This document shows positions 37,201-48,580 of a DNA stretch of 64,000 nt, in pieces. Position 1 is the stretch's first letter. Each line of letters begins with the position of its first letter. The stretch comes from Macrostomum lignano. Its lineage: Eukaryota. A program made the position numbers and the translations under genes. The stretch is taken from positions 57,823 through 121,822 of the forward strand of contig NIVC01002648.1 in assembly GCA_002269645.1 (NCBI GenBank), written 5' to 3'. A model generated the notes under the pieces. The model saw nothing but the letters and a program-made list of their open reading frames with translations. It made no database searches and was not told the origin of the DNA.

Positions 37201-40200
37201 GACTGTTGGGAAATAAATGGGAGGCTTCAGTACTGACTGTTGGGAAATAAATAGGAGGCTTCAGTACTGACTGTTGGGAAATAAATGGGAGGCTTCAGTA
37301 CTGACTGTTGGGAAATAAATGGGAGGCTTCAGTACTGACTGTTGGGAAATAAATGGGAGGCTTCAGGACTGACTGTTGGGGAATAAATGGGGGGACTTCA
37401 GGACTGACTGTTGGGAAATAAATGGGGGGACTTCAGGACTGACTGTTGGGGAATAAATGGGGGGACTTCAGGACTGACTGTTGGGGAATAAATGGGAGGC
37501 TTCAGGACTGACTGTTGGGGAATAAATGGGGGGAATTCAGGACTGACTGTTGGGGAATAAATGGGGGGACTTCAGGACTGACTGTTGGGGAATAAATGGG
37601 GGGACTTCAGGACTGACTGTTGGGGAATAAATAGGAGGCTTCAAGACTGACTGTTGGGAAATAAATGGGGGGACTTCAGGACTGACTGTTGGGGAATAAA
37701 TGGGGGGACTTCAGGACTGACTGTTGGGGAATAAATAGGAGGCTTCAGGACTGACTGTTGGGGAATAAATGGGGGGACTTCAGGACTGACTGTTGGGGAA
37801 TAAATGGGGGGACTTCAGGACTGACTGTTGGGGAATAAATGGGGGGACTTCAGGACTGACTGTTGGGAAATAAATGGGGGGACTTCAGGACTGACTGTTG
37901 GGGAATAAATGGGGGGACTTCAGGACTGACTGTTGGGGAATAAATGGGAGGTCTGTTTATTTAGCCTGCACTAAAGTCACGCTACTCGCGTTGGACAGGG
38001 CGAACCCGACAACTCTGAGCTGCTGTTGCTGCAACGCCACGCCACCGCTCAGTTGATGGAGCTCCTAGCGGACATCAGCCACGCAGCTCTGGCATCGTCC
38101 ATCCCCACAGCTGCCGCCGCTGCTGCCGCCCTCGCCTCACCGCCGCAGCTGGCGGGCCTGCACACCCTGCTGCGCTGGTGCAATCTCAAGCCTGCCGCCA
38201 GCCTGCAGCATCAGCGAGGCCTAGCCCGGCTGGCCTGTCTGCTCAATAGATTACAATCAATTCTAATTGCTAATCAAGCCAGCCAATCAGTTAGCAACGA
38301 TTGGGAACAGCGATGCTTATTATTGCCCGAAATGCAGTTGCTTCAAGGCTTTCTGCCGCTGTTTCCTAAGCTTCGATCCGTGCAGCAGCAGCAGCAACAG
38401 AGTAATCCCAGCCAGCAGAAATTGGCTCAATTATCCTCTGATTCTATTGGCCAACTCCGGGCCAATGCCTGCGTCCAGTTTGGCCTCCGCTTGGCCGCCA
38501 GTCTGCCCGCCTGTCTGCTGGCCCAGCAGGCACCTGGCAGCGACGCCACTGCCGCTTGGAGCTTTACCGCCCCGGCCGACACCGCCGCTGCCGGCCCGGC
38601 TGCTGTAAATAAACAGGAGAAACACTCGACTACTCCGCCTAAGAGACCCAATGCTCGTCAGCAAAATGTAGCTTTGCAATCACTGCTTAGCAACCGCGGG
38701 CCCTCGGCTCAGGCAGCGGCTGCTTCGGCGACTCCAGCTTCACCAGTTTCAACTTCGTCTGCTGAGGATTCGGCATCGTCTTCGTCGACACAGCCGCGTG
38801 GCAAACTTGTACTGTCGTCTGAGATTGCTAGGAGTATACAGGTTGGTGGCTGGGGGCACCGGATTGGGATTGGCCCCACAGCGGCAACCCTAGACTCATC
38901 CGGCAACCCTAGACTCATCCGGCAACCCTAGACTCATCCGGCAACCCTAGACTCATCCGGCAACCCTAGACTCATCCGACAACCCTAGACTCATCCGACA
39001 ACCCTAGACTCATCCGGCAACCCTAGACTCATCCGACAACCCTAGACTCATCCGGCAACCCTAGACTCATCCGACAACCCTAGACTTATCCGCCAAACCC
39101 AGACTGACCCGGCAACCCAAACTGAACTGGCAACCCCAAACTGACCTGGCAACCCCAAACTGACCCGGCAACCCAAACTGACCTGGCAACCCCAAACTGA
39201 CCCGGCAACCCCAAATTGACTCAGCAACCCCAAACTGACCCGGCAACCCCAAACTGACCCGGCAACCCCAAATTGACTCAGCAACCCCAAACTGACCCGG
39301 CAACCCCAAATTGACTCAGCAACCCCAAACTGACCCGGCAACCCCAAACTGACCCGGCAACCCCAAATTGACTCAGCAACCCCAAACTGACCCGGCAACC
39401 CCAAACTGACCCGGCAACCCCAAATTGACTCAGCAACCCCAAACTGACCCGGCAACCCCAAACTGACCCGGCAACCCCAAATTGACTCAGCAACCCCAAA
39501 CTGACCCGGCAACCCCAAACTGACCCGGCAACCCCAAACTGACCCGGCAACCCCAAATTGACTCAGCAACCCTAAACTGACCCGGCAACCCCAAACTGAC
39601 CCGGCAACCCCAAATTGACTCAGCAACCCCAAACTGACCCGGCAACCCCAAACTGACCCGGCAACCCCAAATTGACTCAGCAACCCCAAACTGACCCGGC
39701 AACCCCAAACTGACCCGGCAACCCCAAATTGACTCAGCAACCCCAAACTGACCCGGCAACCCCAAACTGACCCGGCAACCCCAAATTGACTCAGCAACCC
39801 CAAACTGACCCGGCAACCCCAAATTGACTCAGCAACCCCAAACTGACCCGGCAACCCCAAATTGACTCAGCAACCCCAAACTGACCCGGCAACCCCAAAC
39901 TGACCCGGCAACCCCAAATTGACTCAGCAACCCCAAACTGACCCGGCAACCCCAAACTGACCCGGCAACCCCAAATTGACTCAGCAACCCCAAACTGACC
40001 CGGCAACCCCAAACTGACCCGGCAACCCCAAATTGACTCAGCAACCCCAAACTGACCCGGCAACCCCAAACTGACCCGGCAACCCCAAACTGACCCGGCA
40101 ACCCCAAATTGACTCAGCAACCCCAAACTGACCCGGCAACCCCAAACTGACCCGGCAACCCCAAATTGACTCAGCAACCCCAGACTGACCCGGCAACCCC

Positions 40201-41050
40201 AAACTGACCCGGCAACCCAAACTGACCCGGCAACCCCAAACTGACCCGGCAACCCCAAATTGACTCAGCAACCCCAGACTGACCCGGCAACCCCAAACTG
40301 ACCTGGCAACCCCAAATTGACTCAGCAACCCCAGACTGACCCGGCAACCCCAGACTGACCCGGCAACCCCAAATTGACTCAGCAACCCCAGACTGACCCG
40401 GCAACCCCAAACTGACCCGGCAACCCCAAATTGACTCAGCAACCCCAAACTGACCCGGCAACCCCAGATCGACTGACCTAGAGTCAGTCCGGCAGTTTCT
40501 CAACCCCTCTGTTGCCCCGCAGGAGCACGCAGCTCAAGTGGCGTCAGCCAAAGCCACAGAGGCCGAGCAGCAATCTCAGTCGAATTCTAACAATGGTTCG
40601 TCGGCAAGCGCCAGTCAGCATCAGCAGCAAAGGCTGCAGCAACAGCAGCAGCAATCAACTCATCGAATTCAGCAGTTACCGCCTCGGTTTCAAAGAAAGC
40701 TTCTTGGGCAACAACAGCAACAACAACAGCAACAGCAAAAACAACAGCAACAACAACAAACTCTGTCGCTTCTAGCCAAAAAGGAGTCCGAACCGATCTT
40801 TCCAGCTGCTCTGTTCCAATGCCCGCCACCTGGCTCTCCTCCCGCCGCTGCAACTGGCCGCTCTTCAGCCGAGCAACAGCCGACTCTGCCTTCGCAGCCG
40901 CCGTTGTCATCGTCCTCGTCTCTGATTGGTCCGCCCAGCTGGCCAATAGGAGCCGTTCCTTCATTAGAGAGTCTAATACAGAACCAGCCGCAGCAGCAGC
41001 AGTTTAATAACACTCTACAGTTTCCATCGAATTGGCCGCCTAAAAACTGA
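34245..41050 (+). CDS. SMG7: SMG7 nonsense-mediated decay factor (EST1/14-3-3-like N-terminal domain, Q/S/P-rich tail), 5 exons, ~787 aa
   Basis: Exons 34245-34649, 35101-35364, 36660-36983, 37999-38841, 40523-41050; all phase 0. Motifs DMETALDRKFEQELWNVCFK, FYTNLLHELCTVF-VSLPCR, YLCQHCLVHLGDLCRY, PSNGHPFNQLAILAS, FHYIRAMSCATPFTAARANL match SMG7. ELCTVF..LPCR is SMG7-like rather than SMG5/6-like, and there is no PIN domain. Confidence 0.9.
34710..35045. repeat. 20-bp minisatellite (atagtctcctaatgactctc) in SMG7 intron 1
   Basis: Direct reading. Confidence 0.93.
35411..36615. repeat. 22-bp minisatellite (gtgagcaggcactgtgtaatct) in SMG7 intron 2
   Basis: Direct reading. Confidence 0.95.
37078..37950 (-). 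repeat. 35-bp minisatellite (caggactgactgttggggaataaatggggggactt) in SMG7 intron 3, inverted relative to 33628-34172
   Basis: The consensus unit is the exact reverse complement of the upstream unit. Confidence 0.95.
38882..40470. repeat. 19-bp minisatellites in SMG7 intron 4 (cggcaaccctagactcatc, then ggcaaccccaaactgaccc with a 57-bp higher-order unit)
   Basis: Direct reading. The 19-aa periodicity of the antisense ORFs equals 3 x 19 bp. Confidence 0.95.
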
Positions 41051-41487
41051 TTCAACCATCTATTTATGATTTTTTCTAAGAAAAGCGCTTTAACCGCTTT
41101 CTAAGAATTGCGAATTTGCACCTCTAAGTGTTTTTATAGAGATTTATTACTTCATCTAAACTTTAATAAACTTTCTCTAATTAAAGTTTGAGCAACTTTG
41201 TCACTTAGTCCGTATATATGGATGCCGATCCTATATTTGCGCACTGTCCTACTTATTAGTAGCCAGTTCTTCGCGATTAATGTATTTCAGTAGGATATCG
41301 GATCGCTTTCATTAAATAATTGCTTTACTCTTCGGCCAGTTCCAGTTTCTTGATATTTCAATCGTCAACTGCAGAACCTATTTATAATCATTCTTAATTA
41401 TTAACTATAAAGTCGAATGAATACTTTCGACTCAACAAGTTAATGTCAGTTTTTATTTGCCTATGTCTTATTGTATCTTTTAATACT

Positions 41488-44215
41488 CCAGTTAGACACT
41501 GCTGCTGCCCTCTCTGATCCCTCAGTTAGACACAGCTGCTGCCCTCTCTGATCCCTCAGTTAGACACAGCTGCTGCCCTCTCTGATCCCTCAGTTAGACA
41601 CAGCTGCTGCCCTCTCTGATCCCTCAGTTAGACACAGCTGCTGCCCTCTCTGATCCCTCAGTTAGACACAGCTGCTGCCCTCTCTGATCCCTCAGTTAGA
41701 CACAGCTGCTGCCCTCTCTGATCCCTCAGTTAGACACAGCTGCTGCCCTATCTGATCCCTCAGTTAGACACAGCTGCTGCCCTCTCTGATCCCTCAGTTA
41801 GACACAGCTGCTGCCCTCTCTGATCCCTCAGTTAGACACAGCTGCTGCCCTCTCTGATCCCTCAGTTAGACACAGCTGCTGCCCTCTCTGATCCCTCAGT
41901 TAGACACAGCTGCTGCCCTATCTGATCCCTCAGTTAGACACAGCTGCTGCCCTATCTGATCCCTCAGTTAGACACAGCTGCTGCCCTCTCTGATCCCTCA
42001 GTTAGACACAGCTGCTGCCCTCTCTGATCCCTCAGTTAGACACAGCTGCTGCCCTCTCTGATCCCTCAGTTAGACACAGCTGCTGCCCTCTCTGATCCCT
42101 CAGTTAGACACAGCTGCTGCCCTCTCTGATCCCTCAGTTAGACACAGCTGCTGCCCTCTCTGATCCCTCAGTTAGACACAGCTGCTGCCCTCTCTGATCC
42201 CTCAGTTAGACACAGCTGCTGCCCTCTCTGATCCCTCAGTTAGACACAGCTGCTGCCCTCTCTGATCCCTCAGTTAGACACAGCTGCTGCCCTCTCTGAT
42301 CCCTCAGTTAGACACAGCTGCTGCCCTCTCTGATCCCTCAGTTAGACACAGCTGCTGCCCTCTCTGATCCCTCAGTTAGACACAGCTGCTGCCCTCTCTG
42401 ATCCCTCAGTTAGACACAGCTGCTGCCCTCTCTGATCCCTCAGTTAGACACAGCTGCTGCCCTATCTGATCCCTCAGTTAGACACAGCTGCTGCCCTATC
42501 TGATCCCTCAGTTAGACACAGCTGCTGCCCTCTCTGATCCCTCAGTTAGACACAGCTGCTGCCCTCTCTGATCCCTCAGTTAGACACAGCTGCTGCCCTC
42601 TCTGATCCCTCAGTTAGACACAGCTGCTGCCCTCTCTGATCCCTCAGTTAGACACAGCTGCTGCCCTCTCTGATCCCTCAGTTAGACACAGCTGCTGCCC
42701 TCTCTGATCCCTCAGTTAGACACAGCTGCTGCCCTCTCTGATCCCTCAGTTAGACACAGCTGCTGCCCTCTCTGATCCCTCAGTTAGACACAGCTGCTGC
42801 CCTATCTGATCCCTCAGTTAGACACAGCTGCTGCCCTCTCTGATCCCTCAGTTAGACACAGCTGCTGCCCTCTCTGATCCCTCAGTTAGACACAGCTGCT
42901 GCCCTCTCTGATCCCTCAGTTAGACACAGCTGCTGCCCTCTCTGATCCCTCAGTTAGACACAGCTGCTGCCCTATCTGATCCCTCAGTTAGACACAGCTG
43001 CTGCCCTATCTGATCCCTCAGTTAGACACAGCTGCTGCCCTCTCTGATCCCTCAGTTAGACACAGCTGCTGCCCTCTCTGATCCCTCAGTTAGACACAGC
43101 TGCTGCCCTCTCTGATCCCTCAGTTAGACACAGCTGCTGCCCTCTCTGATCCCTCAGTTAGACACAGCTGCTGCCCTCTCTGATCCCTCAGTTAGACACA
43201 GCTGCTGCCCTCTCTGATCCCTCAGTTAGACACAGCTGCTGCCCTCTCTGATCCCTCAGTTAGACACAGCTGCTGCCCTCTCTGATCCCTCAGTTAGACA
43301 CAGCTGCTGCCCTCTCTGATCCCTCAGTTAGACACAGCTGCTGCCCTCTCTGATCCCTCAGTTAGACACAGCTGCTGCCCTCTCTGATCCCTCAGTTAGA
43401 CACAGCTGCTGCCCTCTCTGATCCCTCAGTTAGACACAGCTGCTGCCCTCTCTGATCCCTCAGTTAGACACAGCTGCTGCCCTCTCTGATCCCTCAGTTA
43501 GACACAGCTGCTGCCCTATCTGATCCCTCAGTTAGACACAGCTGCTGCCCTATCTGATCCCTCAGTTAGACACAGCTGCTGCCCTCTCTGATCCCTCAGT
43601 TAGACACAGCTGCTGCCCTCTCTGATCCCTCAGTTAGACACAGCTGCTGCCCTCTCTGATCCCTCAGTTAGACACAGCTGCTGCCCTCTCTGATCCCTCA
43701 GTTAGACACAGCTGCTGCCCTCTCTGATCCCTCAGTTAGACACAGCTGCTGCCCTCTCTGATCCCTCAGTTAGACACAGCTGCTGCCCTCTCTGATCCCT
43801 CAGTTAGACACAGCTGCTGCCCTCTCTGATCCCTCAGTTAGACACAGCTGCTGCCCTCTCTGATCCCTCAGTTAGACACAGCTGCTGCCCTCTCTGATCC
43901 CTCAGTTAGACACAGCTGCTGCCCTCTCTGATCCCTCAGTTAGACACAGCTGCTGCCCTCTCTGATCCCTCAGTTAGACACAGCTGCTGCCCTCTCTGAT
44001 CCCTCAGTTAGACACAGCTGCTGCCCTCTCTGATCCCTCAGTTAGACACAGCTGCTGCCCTCTCTGATCCCTCAGTTAGACACAGCTGCTGCCCTCTCTG
44101 ATCACTCAGTTAGACACAGCTGCTGCCCTCTCTGATCCCTCAGTCAGACACAGGTGCTGCCCTATCTGATCCCTCAGTTAGACACAGCTGCTGCCCTCTC
44201 TGTTCCCTCAATCAG
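41488..44215. repeat. 34-bp minisatellite (ctcagttagacacagctgctgccctctctgatcc), about 80 near-identical copies, between SMG7 and TANGO1
   Basis: Direct reading, period 34. Within the array body I found only a C>A variant. Confidence 0.97.
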
Positions 44216-44538
44216 ACACAGGTGCTTCCCTATCTGATCCTTCATATTTACAGCAGTTATTGAATTTTGATATTTTAATACTTCACCTTTCAGCCGACCA
44301 GCGGCAGTCCACCAAGGGGCTGTGAGTACAGTATCGCTAAGCGCTACTATTAGACAGTAGTAAAAGATAACAAAGAAAGCTGGTGAGATCAACTAGACAA
44401 AAGAAGCAGCAGGAGCAGCAGCAGAAGAAATCTATACAATCTTCCAAGAAAACGAACCCAAAGCAGCAAAGACAGTCTGCTATTAAAAGCGAAGCCTCTG
44501 ACGGAAGCAACGTTGCAGGCAACATTAACAGCCTAGCC

Positions 44539-47500
44539 ATGTCCTCTGAATATGCTTCTGCTTTTTCTATTAGCTGGCTTAGATTGCCTTTGCTATTACC
44601 GTTGCTTGCCTCGCTGCTTCTAACGCCAAGTTTGATTGTATTAATTCAATCGGTTGCACCAACTGCCAGTGTAAATCTGCCAGATCGTCTGCTGTGCGTT
44701 GACAGACGCTGCTCGGAGCCAGTCAGCTCCGCCAGAGTGTTGAACTCGGCTGGCTCTGTTCACGGCGATCTTCGCTCGGTTAGCGCCGGTTCTCGCGTAC
44801 TAATATTAGGCAAAGAGGTTGGCGTTAGTAGGGATAGGCAGACCCTGTGGCTAATTAAATTTAACGACGTAGTCGGCCTATTCGATAAGTCTTATTTTAA
44901 AGAGGTTGGCAAAAGATACGACTCCGATGATCTCATAGAGGTGAACTATCCGCCCAGATCAGTTGGTGTCGACGATCTAGACGATGACGACGACGAGACT
45001 GAGTCGAAGCCAGAGCGACCGCCGCCTGGCCCTGTTGGCAGTCCGGATGTTCCGCCGCTGCAACCGGATACGCAGACTTTACAGGCTCCACCAACTGCTA
45101 TTCAAAATGACGAAACCGAATCTTCACCGGATGCTAACCTTAAAGAGCCTGAAGTTAAACCTGGAGATAAGCCTGAAGCTAAACCTGGAGATAAGCCTGA
45201 AGCAAAACCTGGAGATAAGCCTGAAGATAAGCAGGAAGCTAAACCTGGAGATAAGCCTGAAGCTAAACCTGGAGATAAACCTGGAGATAAGCAGGAAGCT
45301 AAACCTGTAGATAAGCAGGAAGCTAAACCTGAAGATAAGCCTGAAGTTAAACCTGGAGATAAACCTGGAGATAAGCAGGAAGCTAAACCTGAAGAAAAGC
45401 CTGAAGCTAAATCTGAAGATAAGCCTGAAGCTAAACCTGGAGATAAGCAGGAAGCTAAACCTGATGATAAGCCTGAAGCTAAATCTGAAGATAAGCCTGA
45501 AGCTAAACCTGGAGATAAGCCTGAAGCTAAACCTGGAGATAAGCAGGAAGCTAAACCTGGAGATAAGCAGGAAGCTAAACCTGTAGATAAGCAGGAAGCT
45601 AAACCTGTAGATAAGCAGGAAGCTAAACCTGGAGATAAGCCTGAAGCTAAACCTGGAGATAAGCAGGAAGCTAAACCTGTAGATAAGCAGGAAGCTAAAC
45701 CTGGAAGCGATTATGTTTCGAAAGGATTTTTTGACTCAGTGTCCTCTTTCTTTAGCGGAAAGAAAAGTTCGCCTGACGATGCCAATGAAAAGAAGGACAA
45801 AATTGAAGACAAGAAAGATGCCAACAGCTCAGCTGAAAGTGAACACAAAACTAGCGATTCGCCTGGTGATCCATCTGCTAATGCGGGCATTCCAGCATCG
45901 CCTGCAGTTGATGCACAGGGTGATCTCTCTTCTGGTGCTAAAGAGTCGTCTGTCCTTGATGAGAGGAAGGATGCTTCTAATAGTAAGCAAGAATCCAAAG
46001 ACAGGGCAGCTTCTGGTGTCGAAAAAAGCGCATCCGTTGGCTCTCCAGAGGAACAATCACACGGAGTGGATGATCAAAAAGACAGGACACCGTCTAGCAA
46101 AAATTTGCCTAGCAATGAAACGCAACAGTCAGTTGATAAAGCTTCCACCGATGCTGTAGCACAAACGAATACTAGTCAATCAGATACTCAGCGGTCTCAG
46201 CCACCAGAGATTCAAAAGCAGCAGCCTTCCTCAGAGGATGCAAAAACCCAAGAACAACAAACTCCACCAAAAGATGAAAGAAATCTGGGCCAGCAACCTC
46301 CACCAGTAAGAGATGAAAAACAGGCTCAGCAGCCTCCACCAGTGGGAGATGAAGCACAGGCTAAGCAGCCTCCACCAGTGGGAGGTGAAGCACGGGCTAA
46401 GCAGCCTCCACCAGTGGGAGATGAAGCACAGGCTCAGAAACCTCCACCAGTTGATGAAGCACAGGCTCAGCAACCTCCACCAGTGGGAGATAAATCCCAG
46501 TCGGAACAACCTTCACTAGACGCAGATAAGATTCAGGCGCAGCCACTTCCACCAGAAGCACAGGGAACTGAGAAGAAACCTCAACCAGAGCCAGAGAAAA
46601 TGCCGGAGCAACAATCCAAATCAGATTCGGAAAAGACTCAGGCGCAGCAGCTGAGTCCATCAACAGAACCACCAAAGACTCAGGTGGATCATCCGTCTCA
46701 GTCGAAAGAGGGACCATCGGAATCAGGGTCCCAAAACACTTCGGTTGAGCAGTCCCATCCAGAATTGCCGAACACTCAGTCGCAACAGGCTAAGCCTGAT
46801 CAAGACCAAGTCAAACAGCAGGGTAAAGTTGATTCCGAACCCGTGGCTACTCCTGCGCCACCGATTGCTCAACCGACACCCCCGGCTTCATCTCAGCCTT
46901 TGACGCCGCCGCCGCCACCACCGCCTTCGCCGCCACCATCATCCGGCCCTGAGCAGCCACCAGTTTCAATTGAGCCGACGCCAAATCAGGATGTTAAAGA
47001 AGAAAAACCGGCTAAACCGGATGAAGCAGCAAAGCAAATCGACAAGCCGCCACCGCCAGCCTCTGACACGGCTGGACCGCCAACCGCAGGCGCCAAGACT
47101 TCGTCGCCTTCTTCATCATCAACGGCAGCTTCCGACTCTAAGAAATCAGCCGATCAGGGCATCGATCCGGGTCGCTACACTCGAACCGACTCGGGGCCTC
47201 AGCAGCCTCCGCCGCAGCCGCCGAATGCGCAAGAGTCGGAGGGAAATGCATCGTCTGGCGACACTGATGTCGATGATAACAATGTCGAATTAGCGACAAA
47301 GCGTCGCTGCTTAACCTGGCTAACAGGCCGATATCCGGCTGTCCGACTGGCTAAGGCTGGAGTTGACGCAGCCTCGCCAATGGTGCCAGATTGGCTAGTT
47401 CAGTTAGTTGAAACCGTGCCAGTCTCCGCTTGGCTACCAATGAGCGCCAAGAGTCAAGCGCTGGCACTGCTCACTCTGGTAGTGATGCTGGCCGTGTCGT

Positions 47501-48548
47501 TGCTTGCCCGCTGCTGTCTGTGCAGGCGCGACTGGCGCCGGGAATGCCTCGGCGCTCTGGCGCTGACTCGCCGACTAGAAGAACAACTTGGCGAGAAGGA
47601 CGCTTTGAATGGTCGCCTAGCCGAGGATCTGGCCGCGGCCAGGGCGGAGGCTGCCGGCGCTGCCGGTGGCGCGGCCGACTGGCGCGGCAAGATGGAGGCG
47701 GCCAAAGCCGACTGGGAGGCGGAGCGCGCCCGACTACGCAGTCAAATTGTCGAGTCTGAACGACGAATTGGCGAGTTAGAAGCCCGAACTGGTGAACTAG
47801 ACGGCCGGCTGACTGCCGAGATTGATCGAGGAGACAGGGACAGGGAGGAGGCGGCCGCGAAGGTGTTCGAGTTTGAAGAGGTGAAGATTTAAGTCTATGA
47901 TGCTAGATCTGCATGTAGATATGTCAATCGCAAAACACCTACTCTTCTTCTTTCTATCAGTAGCATAATTAGCGTTTTATGCTTTCTTAAGTTAACTCAT
48001 TAAAAATGCAAAAACGCTTCGTATTTAGCTACTATAGCTATAGATGTGTTAGTTAGCTATATTGTGTTGAGAAAGTCAGACTGAATTTAGGGGTACACAC
48101 GAACTTAGCCCAAGTTGGCCTACCGACTGGTATATTTATACTTATATATTCATTTAGCTGCGACAGATCAATATCGGAAAACAGGTGTACATAGCATATG
48201 TACATATCTGCAAACCAACTACACAACAGTATGAAAAGCTGTTTGTCTGGGCTTTTAATGTACGAGTATAAACAGTAGAGATTATTAGAAATTATAGAAA
48301 TTATTAAAATGGAGAATTACGCTACATAAATAATGATCGTACTGAAAGAATAGGAGTTCAGTCAGTCTTAACTCAGTTCGGCGCACTGAGTCAGTCTTAC
48401 TCAGTCTCAAGTAATCTAACAGTTACTTGTAGCATTTCTCATCGTTTCAAGCAGTGTGTACACAATGATCCCCTAGACGATTGTCTGTCTGTCTGTCTGG
48501 CTATCTGTCTGTGTCTGTCTGTCTGTCTGTATGTCTGTCTGTCTGTTA

Positions 48549-48580
<32 letters not shown>

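Noticed and set aside
30877-40503. ORFs 30877-32138, 32684-33065, 35342-36690 and 39048-40503
   Set aside because: Translations of intronic mini- and microsatellites.
41488-44215. CRISPR-like appearance of 28-36 bp repeats (also 24118, 33628, 57135)
   Set aside because: Units are head-to-tail with no unique spacers, there are no cas genes, and the context is eukaryotic.
44383-44538. N-terminal 52-aa extension of the 1169-aa ORF
   Set aside because: It starts at GTG. The first ATG (44539) is followed by the signal peptide, so this stretch is likely 5'UTR or UTR intron.
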